A DNA stretch of 39,680 nucleotides from Candidatus Omnitrophota bacterium (GTDB taxonomy: Bacteria; NPL-UPA2; BS750m-G34). The position numbers and the translations under genes are program-made. The notes under the pieces were generated by a model. It did not search any database. It saw only the letters and a program-made list of their open reading frames with translations, and had not been told where the DNA came from. The stretch spans positions 1 through 39,680 of the forward strand of contig JADHWT010000001.1 of the NCBI GenBank assembly GCA_016783345.1, written 5' to 3'. Below, one piece after another: positions 7,703 to 14,590 of the stretch (the first letter of the stretch is position 1; the number at the start of each line of letters is the position of its first letter).

Positions 7703-8665
7703 TCAATGTCTCCTTTGCGCCTGTACTGCCACGATAGCAGTAATCCCTACCACGTCATCAGCTGTTGCCCCCCGGGAAAGGTCACATACAGGTTTTTTAA
7801 ATCCCTGGAGGATCGGGCCATAGGCAGTCGCCCCTGCAAGATACTGTGTCAGTTTATAAGCAATATTGCCGCTGTCCAGGTCAGGGAATATAAGGACATT
7901 TGCATGACCTGCTACTTCACTTAATTTTACCTTCTTCTGTGCTACACGGGGAATAAGGGCTGCGTCCAGCTGCAGCTCTCCGTCTATAATTAATTCCGGC
8001 GCAATGCCATGAGCTATCTCCACAGCCTTGATAACCTTATCAGCGTCTGTATGTGAGGCGCTGCCTTTGGTGGAGAATGAAAGAAATGCTATACGCGGTT
8101 CAATGCCGAGGATATCCCCGGCATTTTTTCCGGTAGTAACAGCTATCTCTGCCAGCTCTTGAGCAGATGGATTAATATTAACAGCGCAGTCAGCAAAGAC
8201 CAGGATTTTATTTTTTTCTTCTAAGAATTGCGGCAGGACCATAATAAAAAAACTGGAAGGGATATGCACGTCTTTGAGGTATCCGATAGCAAGGCCTGCA
8301 GATTGAAGCACAGACGCAGTTGCATGCGCTATCCCCGCAACTATTCCGTCAGCCTCTCCATGAGCTACCATCATACATCCGAAGAATAGATTCTTGCGGA
8401 CAAGTTTTCTTGCTATCCCCTCAGTAATATTTTCTTTTTTAGCCGCGTATAGAGAGGCAAATTTATCCAGGAGCGGGGATGTGTCCGGATTTATTATCTC
8501 AAGTCCTGTGAGGGATAAATTTTTACCTAAAACAACAGGGGTGGCTATGCCCTTATCCAGGATAGTCCTGGCTGCTTGAAGGATCCTTTCATCATTTCCT
8601 TCGGGAAGGACTATTCTCTTTTTTTCTTTTCGGGCTTTTTCAAGAAAGGTATCAATTAAGCTCAT
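7703..8665 (-). CDS. pta: Phosphate acetyltransferase
   Basis: 320 aa. Matches the PTA_PTB family along its length (KRIVLPEG.DERIL.AA, ADG.V.G, NINP.A.ELAEIA, PRIA.LSFSTKGS, DGELQ.DAA, ANVLIFPDL.SGNI.YK). Confidence 0.9.
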   Translation of the reverse strand: MSLIDTFLEKARKEKKRIVLPEGNDERILQAARTILDKGIATPVVLGKNLSLTGLEIINPDTSPLLDKFASLYAAKKENITEGIARKLVRKNLFFGCMMVAHGEADGIVAGIAHATASVLQSAGLAIGYLKDVHIPSSFFIMVLPQFLEEKNKILVFADCAVNINPSAQELAEIAVTTGKNAGDILGIEPRIAFLSFSTKGSASHTDADKVIKAVEIAHGIAPELIIDGELQLDAALIPRVAQKKVKLSEVAGHANVLIFPDLDSGNIAYKLTQYLAGATAYGPILQGFKKPVCDLSRGATADDVVGITAIVAVQAQRRH

Positions 8666-8673
8666 GATTTTTT

Positions 8674-8702
8674 AATCTACCATAAGAGATAGTAGTTAGC
8701 AA
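8674..8702 (-). promoter_or_regulatory. Sigma70-type promoter with extended -10, abutting the pta start
   Basis: The minus strand reads TTGCTA (8702-8697), 17-nt spacer, TGgTAGATT (8682-8674). An 8-nt stretch (AAAAAATC, no SD) then leads to ATG (8665-8663). Confidence 0.45.
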
Positions 8703-8751
8703 GCGAAATTTTATTTATAGCGAAAATTTATAGATTTGACCCAAAAAATTA

Positions 8752-8780
8752 TTGCCAAACATATTTCTATAGGGTACAAT
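8752..8780 (+). promoter_or_regulatory. Sigma70-type promoter for the nagB leader
   Basis: TTGCCA (8752-8757), 17-nt spacer, TACAAT (8775-8780). The predicted TSS is about 10 nt upstream of the conserved leader element. Confidence 0.5.
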
Positions 8781-8796
8781 ATGATAGTTATATGGT

Positions 8797-8918
8797 GTAT
8801 ATCCCTTGTCGCAGAAGATGTTGGGTAAAATTTCTTCGACTTTTTACCCAACGCGACTTCGGGATTAATTCCGACATACAAGTTATGTCACATAACTTGT
8901 GTCGTCATTAAAAGGAGG
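8797..8918 (+). promoter_or_regulatory. Conserved two-hairpin 5'-leader element, copy 1 (upstream of nagB)
   Basis: P1 is TCCC-TT-GTCGC (8802-8812) paired with GCGAC-TTC-GGGA (8853-8864), extended by an inserted hairpin GTTGGGTAAAA/TTTTACCCAAC (8820-8852). P2 is CGAC-AT-ACAAGTTATG-TCA-CATAACTTGT-GTCG (8872-8904). TCATTAAAAGGAGG follows. It is near-identical to 21733-21824, with compensated changes in P2. Confidence 0.65.
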
Positions 8919-8923
8919 ATGAA

Positions 8924-9703
8924 ATGCAGGTTCTAATTCGAGCAAATTATGAAGAGATGAGTAAAGAGGCAGCGAGATATGTCTCTTCGGAGATGAGGAA
9001 GAAGGTAAAATTCGTACTGGGGCTTGCCACAGGCAGCACCCCGTTAGGGCTTTATAAAGAACTCATCCGCATGCATAAGGAAGAGGGATTGGATTTCGAG
9101 AACGTCACTACCTTCAATCTCGATGAATACTACGGACTTTCCCCTACCCATGAGCAGAGTTATAGTTATTTTATGTGGGAAAATTTGTTTAAACATGTCA
9201 ATATTAAGAAAGAGAATGTCCATATCCCTGATGGCATGGCAAAGGACGTAGAAAAATTTTGCGAGGAATACGAACATATGATCAAAGAGGCCGGGGGGAT
9301 AGACCTGCAGGTCCTGGGTATTGGCAGTGACGGCCATATTGCTTTCAATGAGCCGCTTTCTTCTCTTGGTTCCAGGACGAGACTTAAGACATTGACTCAG
9401 CAGACAATAGAAGATAATGCAAGGTTTTTTGAAAACAAGGACGAAGTGCCCAGGTATGCTATTACCATGGGGGTTGGGACAGTTTTTGAGGCGCATAAGT
9501 GTATACTTCTGGCAAGCAGCCATAGCAAGGCAGACGTTATCGCTAAGGCTATAGAGGGTCCTGTAGCAGCCTATATTACTGCCTCTGCTATGCAGCTCCA
9601 TCGTGATACTATAGTCGTTCTCGACGAAGGGGCTGCGGCTGAATTAAAGCGTAAGGATTATTACAGATATGTTGATAAAATGGTTAAGGAATTTAATAAA
9701 TGA
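8924..9703 (+). CDS. nagB: Glucosamine-6-phosphate deaminase
   Basis: 259 aa. LGLATGSTP..LY, F.LDEY.GL and LGIG.DGHIAFNEP motifs are present. Confidence 0.92.
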   Translation: MQVLIRANYEEMSKEAARYVSSEMRKKVKFVLGLATGSTPLGLYKELIRMHKEEGLDFENVTTFNLDEYYGLSPTHEQSYSYFMWENLFKHVNIKKENVHIPDGMAKDVEKFCEEYEHMIKEAGGIDLQVLGIGSDGHIAFNEPLSSLGSRTRLKTLTQQTIEDNARFFENKDEVPRYAITMGVGTVFEAHKCILLASSHSKADVIAKAIEGPVAAYITASAMQLHRDTIVVLDEGAAAELKRKDYYRYVDKMVKEFNK

Positions 9704-10098
9704 GTAACAAAATTTTATTAGTGGATGACGAGGAGATTATAAGGGATTTATTTAAGGAATACCTGACTGAAGAGGGTTTCGAGGTTAAGGCTGCTTCTTC
9801 AGGCAAAGAGGCCATAGAAATAGTTAAGGGAGAGACATTCGATCTTTTTCTGGTTGACCTGATCATGCCGGAGATGGACGGGGTGCAGCTGCTCCAGGAA
9901 TTCCGGAGATTTATGATAGATGTGCCGGTTATCCTGTTAACTGCATACGGTGTGGACATGGATAAGTCCAGAAAGGAGAGCCTTAATATCAGGGGGCTTA
10001 TCCCCAAAGGTATACCGATGGCAGAGGTAAGCGAGAAGATAAAAAATTTATTAAAGGGAGAAGAAAATGGAGAAAAAGGTAAAGATACTCGTAGTTGA
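9700..10098 (+). CDS. Single-domain response regulator (receiver only)
   Basis: 132 aa. KILLVDDEE, phospho-acceptor context FLVDLIMPEMDG, LTAYG and a conserved Lys in LIPKG. There is no output domain. The start overlaps the nagB stop (ATGA). Confidence 0.88.
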   Translation: MSNKILLVDDEEIIRDLFKEYLTEEGFEVKAASSGKEAIEIVKGETFDLFLVDLIMPEMDGVQLLQEFRRFMIDVPVILLTAYGVDMDKSRKESLNIRGLIPKGIPMAEVSEKIKNLLKGEENGEKGKDTRS

Positions 10099-10444
10099 TG
10101 ATGAAGAGAATGTCCTTGATTTCCTGAAGGAGGTAGTGGAGAGCCAGGGGTATAGTTTTTTATCGGCCCGCAGCGGTAGAGAGGCTATGGATAAGATAAA
10201 AGAGGCGCGGCCTAATCTGGTCCTTTTAGATGTCGTAATGCCTGGAATAGACGGGTTAGAGGTGCTTCGCCTGATACGCGAGGAAGATAAAGGACTACCG
10301 GTTGTGATGCTGACCGCGTATGGGACCAGCGAGAGAATAAAAGAGGCGATGGGGTTAAATATATCCGGTTTTATTCCAAAAGGCGCATCAGTAAAAGAGG
10401 CTGTTTCAAAGATAAAAACTGTTTTAAATGTAAGCTTGAAGTGA
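10067..10444 (+). CDS. Single-domain response regulator (receiver only)
   Basis: 125 aa. KILVVDDEE, VLLDVVMPGIDG, LTAYG and FIPKG. It overlaps the previous gene by 32 nt. Confidence 0.88.
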   Translation: MEKKVKILVVDDEENVLDFLKEVVESQGYSFLSARSGREAMDKIKEARPNLVLLDVVMPGIDGLEVLRLIREEDKGLPVVMLTAYGTSERIKEAMGLNISGFIPKGASVKEAVSKIKTVLNVSLK

Positions 10445-10456
10445 CGCTTTAGCGAC

Positions 10457-11152
10457 GTGGTAATCAAACAATATTCTAAAGAAGAGCTCGTTACCTTAAC
10501 AAGGCAGATAGTTTCAGGGAAATTAGCCGGTACTATTACGCATAAGGCAAAGAATATCCTTATGCCTATCACAGGGTATGTTGAGCTTATAGAGGGCGGT
10601 GTTTCATCGGAAAAGCAAAAAAAGTATTTTGAAAAGATAGAGAGCTCCGGTAAACGTTTACAATTACTCTTAAAAAGTTTTTTACGTTTTAGCAGGGCAT
10701 CTAACGCCGGAGGCAGGGGATGGCAAGGCCTAGAAGAGATAGACCTTTCAGGATTAATCGAAGAGATAGTATCCCTGTTTGAAGATCATATAACTATATC
10801 TAAGGTAACCCTTGAAAAAGAGATAGCTCCGGGAGCAGGAAAGGTCTGCGGAGTTTATGGTGATATTTCTCTTATCATTGCATCGGTTCTCTTAAATGCC
10901 ATAGAGGCCTCGCCTCAAGGCGGTAGTATCAGGATTGTAGGCGAAGGCTTAAGTATTTCCATAGATGACGATGGGCCGGGGGTAAGTGAAGAGACAAAGA
11001 ATAAGATTTTTGAGCCGTTTTTCACCACCAAACAAGGGAGCCTTGGTATTGGCTTGACTACAGGTCTATTTTTAGCCAGAGGTATGGGGGGAGATCTTGT
11101 GCTCGAAGGTAAGAATAAATTTATTGTTTCGCTATGCCAAAAAAAATATTAG
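10457..11152 (+). CDS. Soluble histidine kinase core (HisKA + HATPase, no sensor or TM domain)
   Basis: 231 aa with a GTG start. H-box ITHKAKNILMPITGYVELI, N box LLNAIEAS, and G boxes DDGPGV and GSLGIGL. Confidence 0.8.
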   Translation: MVIKQYSKEELVTLTRQIVSGKLAGTITHKAKNILMPITGYVELIEGGVSSEKQKKYFEKIESSGKRLQLLLKSFLRFSRASNAGGRGWQGLEEIDLSGLIEEIVSLFEDHITISKVTLEKEIAPGAGKVCGVYGDISLIIASVLLNAIEASPQGGSIRIVGEGLSISIDDDGPGVSEETKNKIFEPFFTTKQGSLGIGLTTGLFLARGMGGDLVLEGKNKFIVSLCQKKY

Positions 11153-11883
11153 TAGTAGATGATGAGGCCGAGGTCAGAGAGTATCTAAAGAGCGTACTCG
11201 AACAAAGAGGGTATGCTGTAATAGAGGCATCAGGAGGAGAAAAGGCCCTCACAATACTTAACGAAGAAAATTTTGACCTCGTGCTTTTGGACCTTGTCAT
11301 GCCCGGTATGGATGGATTTCAAGTGCTTAAGGCTATCCGCGCATCTAAAAAATTTTTACCTGTGATTGTAGTCACGGCATACGGCACTGATAAGAGACTC
11401 AAGGAGGCTATCAGTCTCGGGGCAGTAAGTTTTGTCGGGAAGGGTGAGGGTATAACCGAATTTATTAAGAAGATTGAAAGTTGTCTTAAGCTTTCTCCTG
11501 CGAGTATTGAAGAAGAGAAAATTGATATACTGGTGGTCGAGGATGAACCTGCGGTATCCGAGTATTTTGCAGAGATATTACAGGGAGACGGCTATACTGT
11601 TAAGGTCGCGAGCTCAGGAGAAGAGGGGATTAGCCTTGTCATAAAAAATAATCCCAGGCTCATTCTTCTGGATATAATGCTGCCGGGTATTGATGGGATA
11701 GAGACATTAAGACAGGTTAGAAAGGTTGATCAGAAGGTGACAGTTCTTATTGTAAGCGCCCACTTAGATACTATAAACGAGGTAGATAGATATAGCCTGG
11801 ACATATACGCCGAACTGGAAAAACCAGTTGGCGGCGATGAATTAAAGCGTTATGTCAGTGAGATATTGGGTCCTAAGAAATGA
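11134..11883 (+). CDS. Tandem-receiver response regulator (REC-REC, no output domain)
   Basis: 249 aa. REC1 has KILVVDDEAE, LLDLVMPGMDG, VTAYG and FVGKG. REC2 has ILVVEDEP, LLDIMLPGIDG, VSAH and a canonical EKP. Confidence 0.88.
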   Translation: MPKKILVVDDEAEVREYLKSVLEQRGYAVIEASGGEKALTILNEENFDLVLLDLVMPGMDGFQVLKAIRASKKFLPVIVVTAYGTDKRLKEAISLGAVSFVGKGEGITEFIKKIESCLKLSPASIEEEKIDILVVEDEPAVSEYFAEILQGDGYTVKVASSGEEGISLVIKNNPRLILLDIMLPGIDGIETLRQVRKVDQKVTVLIVSAHLDTINEVDRYSLDIYAELEKPVGGDELKRYVSEILGPKK

Positions 11884-12836
11884 ATAATAAACGCAAGAAA
11901 CTCTTTAAGAAGTCCGATTATTTTAAATATATTATTCTACTCTTTGTCTTCGGTTTAATATCTATCCGCCTTTTTAATATATTTGTATATCCATCCTTTG
12001 AGATCCTCTCGGCACTGATTATTTTAGGTGTGTGCCTGGTGGGATTAATACTTGTCTGGATAGATGAGGTCCTCGGGCGGCAGAATCTTGAAGAGGTGAA
12101 TCTTGAACTTAAGACAAAACAGGCTGAACTCATACAGTCCGAGAAAATGGCAGCCATGGGGAGACTTGCAGGCGGAGTAGCGCACGAACTTAATAATCCG
12201 CTCACAGGTATAGTCGGAAGCGTTGAACTTCTATTACTACGATTAAAAAAGAGTGGGGCTGACTGCAGCAAATGTTTTTCCATCCTGGAAACAATTAAGA
12301 AAGAGGGCACCCGGTGCCAGGATTTAGCGAAGAATCTGCTCCGCTTTTCACGCAAGAAAAAAGCGAAGATGATACCGGTGGATGTTAATCAGGCTATCGA
12401 GAATACATTTAAGATAGTGGCATTTCAGATGTCTAAACCTGGCGCGCCTGTAAAGGTTATTAAAAATTTTGCCGCAACTTTACCTTTAGTTTTAGCGGAT
12501 TCCGATCAATTAGAACAGGTTATTATGAACCTGGTTATAAACGGACGTGACGCGATGCCTGAAGGCGGCACACTCACCATTACTACCCGGGCTCATGATG
12601 GGCGTGTCTGTCTCGACTTTAGTGATACCGGCACTGGTATCCCTGAGGATCTAAAGCCTAAGATATTTGAACCCCTATTTACTACTAAGGGGGAAGGGAA
12701 AGGCACCGGTCTCGGCCTTTCCATAACCCGCGATATCATCATTGCTCATAAGGGAGAGATTTTTTTAAAAAGCAAACCAGGAGAAGGGACTACATTTACA
12801 ATAGTCCTGCCCTGCGCCCCACGTGGTGCGGGGTGA
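11880..12836 (+). CDS. Membrane histidine kinase (2 TM + HisKA + HATPase)
   Basis: 318 aa. Two N-terminal hydrophobic helices, H-box GVAHELNNPLTGI, N box VIMNLVINGRDAM, G1 DTGTGI and G2 GTGLGLS. Confidence 0.88.
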   Translation: MNNKRKKLFKKSDYFKYIILLFVFGLISIRLFNIFVYPSFEILSALIILGVCLVGLILVWIDEVLGRQNLEEVNLELKTKQAELIQSEKMAAMGRLAGGVAHELNNPLTGIVGSVELLLLRLKKSGADCSKCFSILETIKKEGTRCQDLAKNLLRFSRKKKAKMIPVDVNQAIENTFKIVAFQMSKPGAPVKVIKNFAATLPLVLADSDQLEQVIMNLVINGRDAMPEGGTLTITTRAHDGRVCLDFSDTGTGIPEDLKPKIFEPLFTTKGEGKGTGLGLSITRDIIIAHKGEIFLKSKPGEGTTFTIVLPCAPRGAG

Positions 12837-13921
12837 AGATCATTAATCGGTACATGCTGAGAGAGTTTTTAGTCTCTTTTGGCCTTGCTATTGCTATTTT
12901 TTCTTTTGTCCTGCTTATGGGAAATATCTTTAAAATTACAGACCTCATTATCAACAAGAACGTAGAGATAGGGCTTGTAGCAAAATTTTTGGCCAATACA
13001 TTTTCGTACCTCCTTTCCTATATTATTCCTATGAGTATGCTCACAGCTTCTCTTATGCTCTTTGGCCGGCTTTCTTCTGACCATGAAGTGGTAGCTATGA
13101 AGGCGAGCGGGATGAGTTTCGGAGAGATCCTGAGGCCCTTTATAGTGCTGGGGTGTTTTGTATGTCTTGGGCTTTTTTTACTAAATCACACAGTTATTCC
13201 TCATGCAAGCTATAGAAATCTGCTTTTTAAAAAAGAGATAACTATGAAAAAACCACAGGCCTTGTTAGAGGAGAGGGTTTTTAACGAGAGTTTTGACAAG
13301 TATACCGTCTATGTCAATAAGATTAAAGGTTCTAAGATCGAAGGTGTCCGCATATGGGAATTAAGACCTCAGGGAACTCCCCGTGTTATCACTGCGCGGG
13401 AAGGTGAGTTTATGACGAGTGAAGATAAAAAGACCCTTATCCTGAGACTCGGCAGAGGGAGTATCCAGGAGGTCTATGAAAAGGATACGGTTAAATATCA
13501 CAAGATGGATTTTACGAATCATTTTATTCAGCTTTCCTGCAGTGATCTATCAGAAGGGGGGGCGGAAAAGCGGGCCAAGGATATGACATTTATGGAACTC
13601 AAAAAAAAAATGGATAAATTAAAAGAAAAGGGAGTGGATATAAGCCCGTTACTTACGGAATACTATGAAAGACAGGCGCTTTCTTTCGCATCGCTTCCTT
13701 TTATATTGGTGGGGATATCTCTGGTTATCAAGACAAAGCGGGGGGCAAGGTCTTTTGGCTTCGGGATAAGCCTTGTTGTCTTTATTATTTATTACCTTTT
13801 GCTTATGCTGGGAGAGACATTGGGCCGCAAGGGCTTCAATCCGGGCTTAAGTGTGTGGGCCCCTAATATTATTTTGTGCGCGGTCGGACTATTTCTTATT
13901 GTGAGAGAGGACAGGAGATAA
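12833..13921 (+). CDS. LptF/LptG-family LPS export permease
   Basis: 362 aa with a GTG start overlapping the upstream stop. The start ..IINRYMLREF is typical of YjgP/YjgQ. The layout is 3 TM, a periplasmic domain of about 150 aa, then 3 TM. Confidence 0.85.
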   Translation: MKIINRYMLREFLVSFGLAIAIFSFVLLMGNIFKITDLIINKNVEIGLVAKFLANTFSYLLSYIIPMSMLTASLMLFGRLSSDHEVVAMKASGMSFGEILRPFIVLGCFVCLGLFLLNHTVIPHASYRNLLFKKEITMKKPQALLEERVFNESFDKYTVYVNKIKGSKIEGVRIWELRPQGTPRVITAREGEFMTSEDKKTLILRLGRGSIQEVYEKDTVKYHKMDFTNHFIQLSCSDLSEGGAEKRAKDMTFMELKKKMDKLKEKGVDISPLLTEYYERQALSFASLPFILVGISLVIKTKRGARSFGFGISLVVFIIYYLLLMLGETLGRKGFNPGLSVWAPNIILCAVGLFLIVREDRR

Positions 13922-13927
13922 TAAATT

Positions 13928-14209
13928 ATGCCTACGTATGAATATGAGTGCAAAAAATGCAAGCATACCTTTGAGGTGTTTCAGTCTATTATTGCCCCTG
14001 CTCTAACGGATTGTCCTAAATGCAGCGGTAAAATAAAGAGGTTAATCGGGGGAGGCGCTGCCATAATTTTTAAAGGCTCCGGGTTTTATAAGACGGATTA
14101 TCGCAGTGAGAGTTACAAGAAAAGCGCAGAGGCTGAAAAACCTAAGCCTAAGGAAGATACTAAGCCTAAGGAAGATACTAAGCCTAAAGGGGAGAAAACT
14201 AATAAGTAA
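13928..14209 (+). CDS. FmdB-family zinc-ribbon protein with repetitive K/P/E-rich tail
   Basis: MPTYEYECKKCKHTFEVFQSI....CPKCSG is the CxxC_CxxC_SSSS signature. The tail is KPKPKEDTKPKEDTKPKGEK. Confidence 0.85.
   Translation: MPTYEYECKKCKHTFEVFQSIIAPALTDCPKCSGKIKRLIGGGAAIIFKGSGFYKTDYRSESYKKSAEAEKPKPKEDTKPKEDTKPKGEKTNK
14144..14190 (+). repeat. 18-nt tandem repeat (about 2.6 copies) inside the FmdB-family CDS
   Basis: AAGCCTAAGGAAGATACT at 14144-14161 and 14162-14179, with a partial copy at 14180-14190. It is in frame and encodes KPKEDT repeats. Confidence 0.9.
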
Positions 14210-14210
14210 A

Positions 14211-14573
14211 ATGACCAAACAGGAGCAGCTGATTATAATCCTTTTAATCATAGCTGCACTTATAGGGACAGGGCTTTTATATCACCGTAAGTTTTATAAA
14301 ACACAGGTTACCCCGGAGGTAGTTAAGGCGAGAGAAGTGACGGTGTCTAAAGAAATCTCTAACGAGGCAAGGGTCTCTAAAAAAATCAATATTAACGCAG
14401 CCGGCAGCAAAGAATTGCAGAAGCTGCCATGTATCGGTCCTAAAATAGCCGCTTATATCGTAGCCTATAGGAATAACCACGGTCCATTCATGAAAATTAG
14501 CGAGATAAAAAATGTGGATAAGGTCGGTGAAGCGACTTTTAAAAAGATAGAGGATTTGATTGCAGTTGAGTAA
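14211..14573 (+). CDS. comEA: ComEA-family helix-hairpin-helix DNA-binding protein
   Basis: Start moved to ATG 14211 (MTKQEQLIIILLIIAALIG, TM anchor). The ORF-track extension from 14106 only reads through the upstream repeat in another frame. HhH region NINAAGSKELQKLPCIGPKIAAYIVAYRNNHGPF. Confidence 0.8.
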   Translation: MTKQEQLIIILLIIAALIGTGLLYHRKFYKTQVTPEVVKAREVTVSKEISNEARVSKKININAAGSKELQKLPCIGPKIAAYIVAYRNNHGPFMKISEIKNVDKVGEATFKKIEDLIAVE

Positions 14574-14590
14574 GTTGAAAGGAATAAAAA

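Noticed and set aside
8797-8918. Whether the conserved leader is a known riboswitch (glmS ribozyme, c-di-GMP-I/II, preQ1, ZTP, guanidine, fluoride, glutamine) or a sigma54 promoter.
   Set aside because: I could not find the conserved cores of those classes from memory. No GG-N10-GC (-24/-12) arrangement is shared by both copies. It is kept as an unclassified candidate rather than assigned.
14106-14210. ORF-track 5' extension of comEA (MRVTRKAQRLKNLSLRKILSLRKILSLKG...).
   Set aside because: It is merely the FmdB tandem repeat read in another frame. The TM-anchored ComEA begins naturally at ATG 14211, two nt after the upstream stop.
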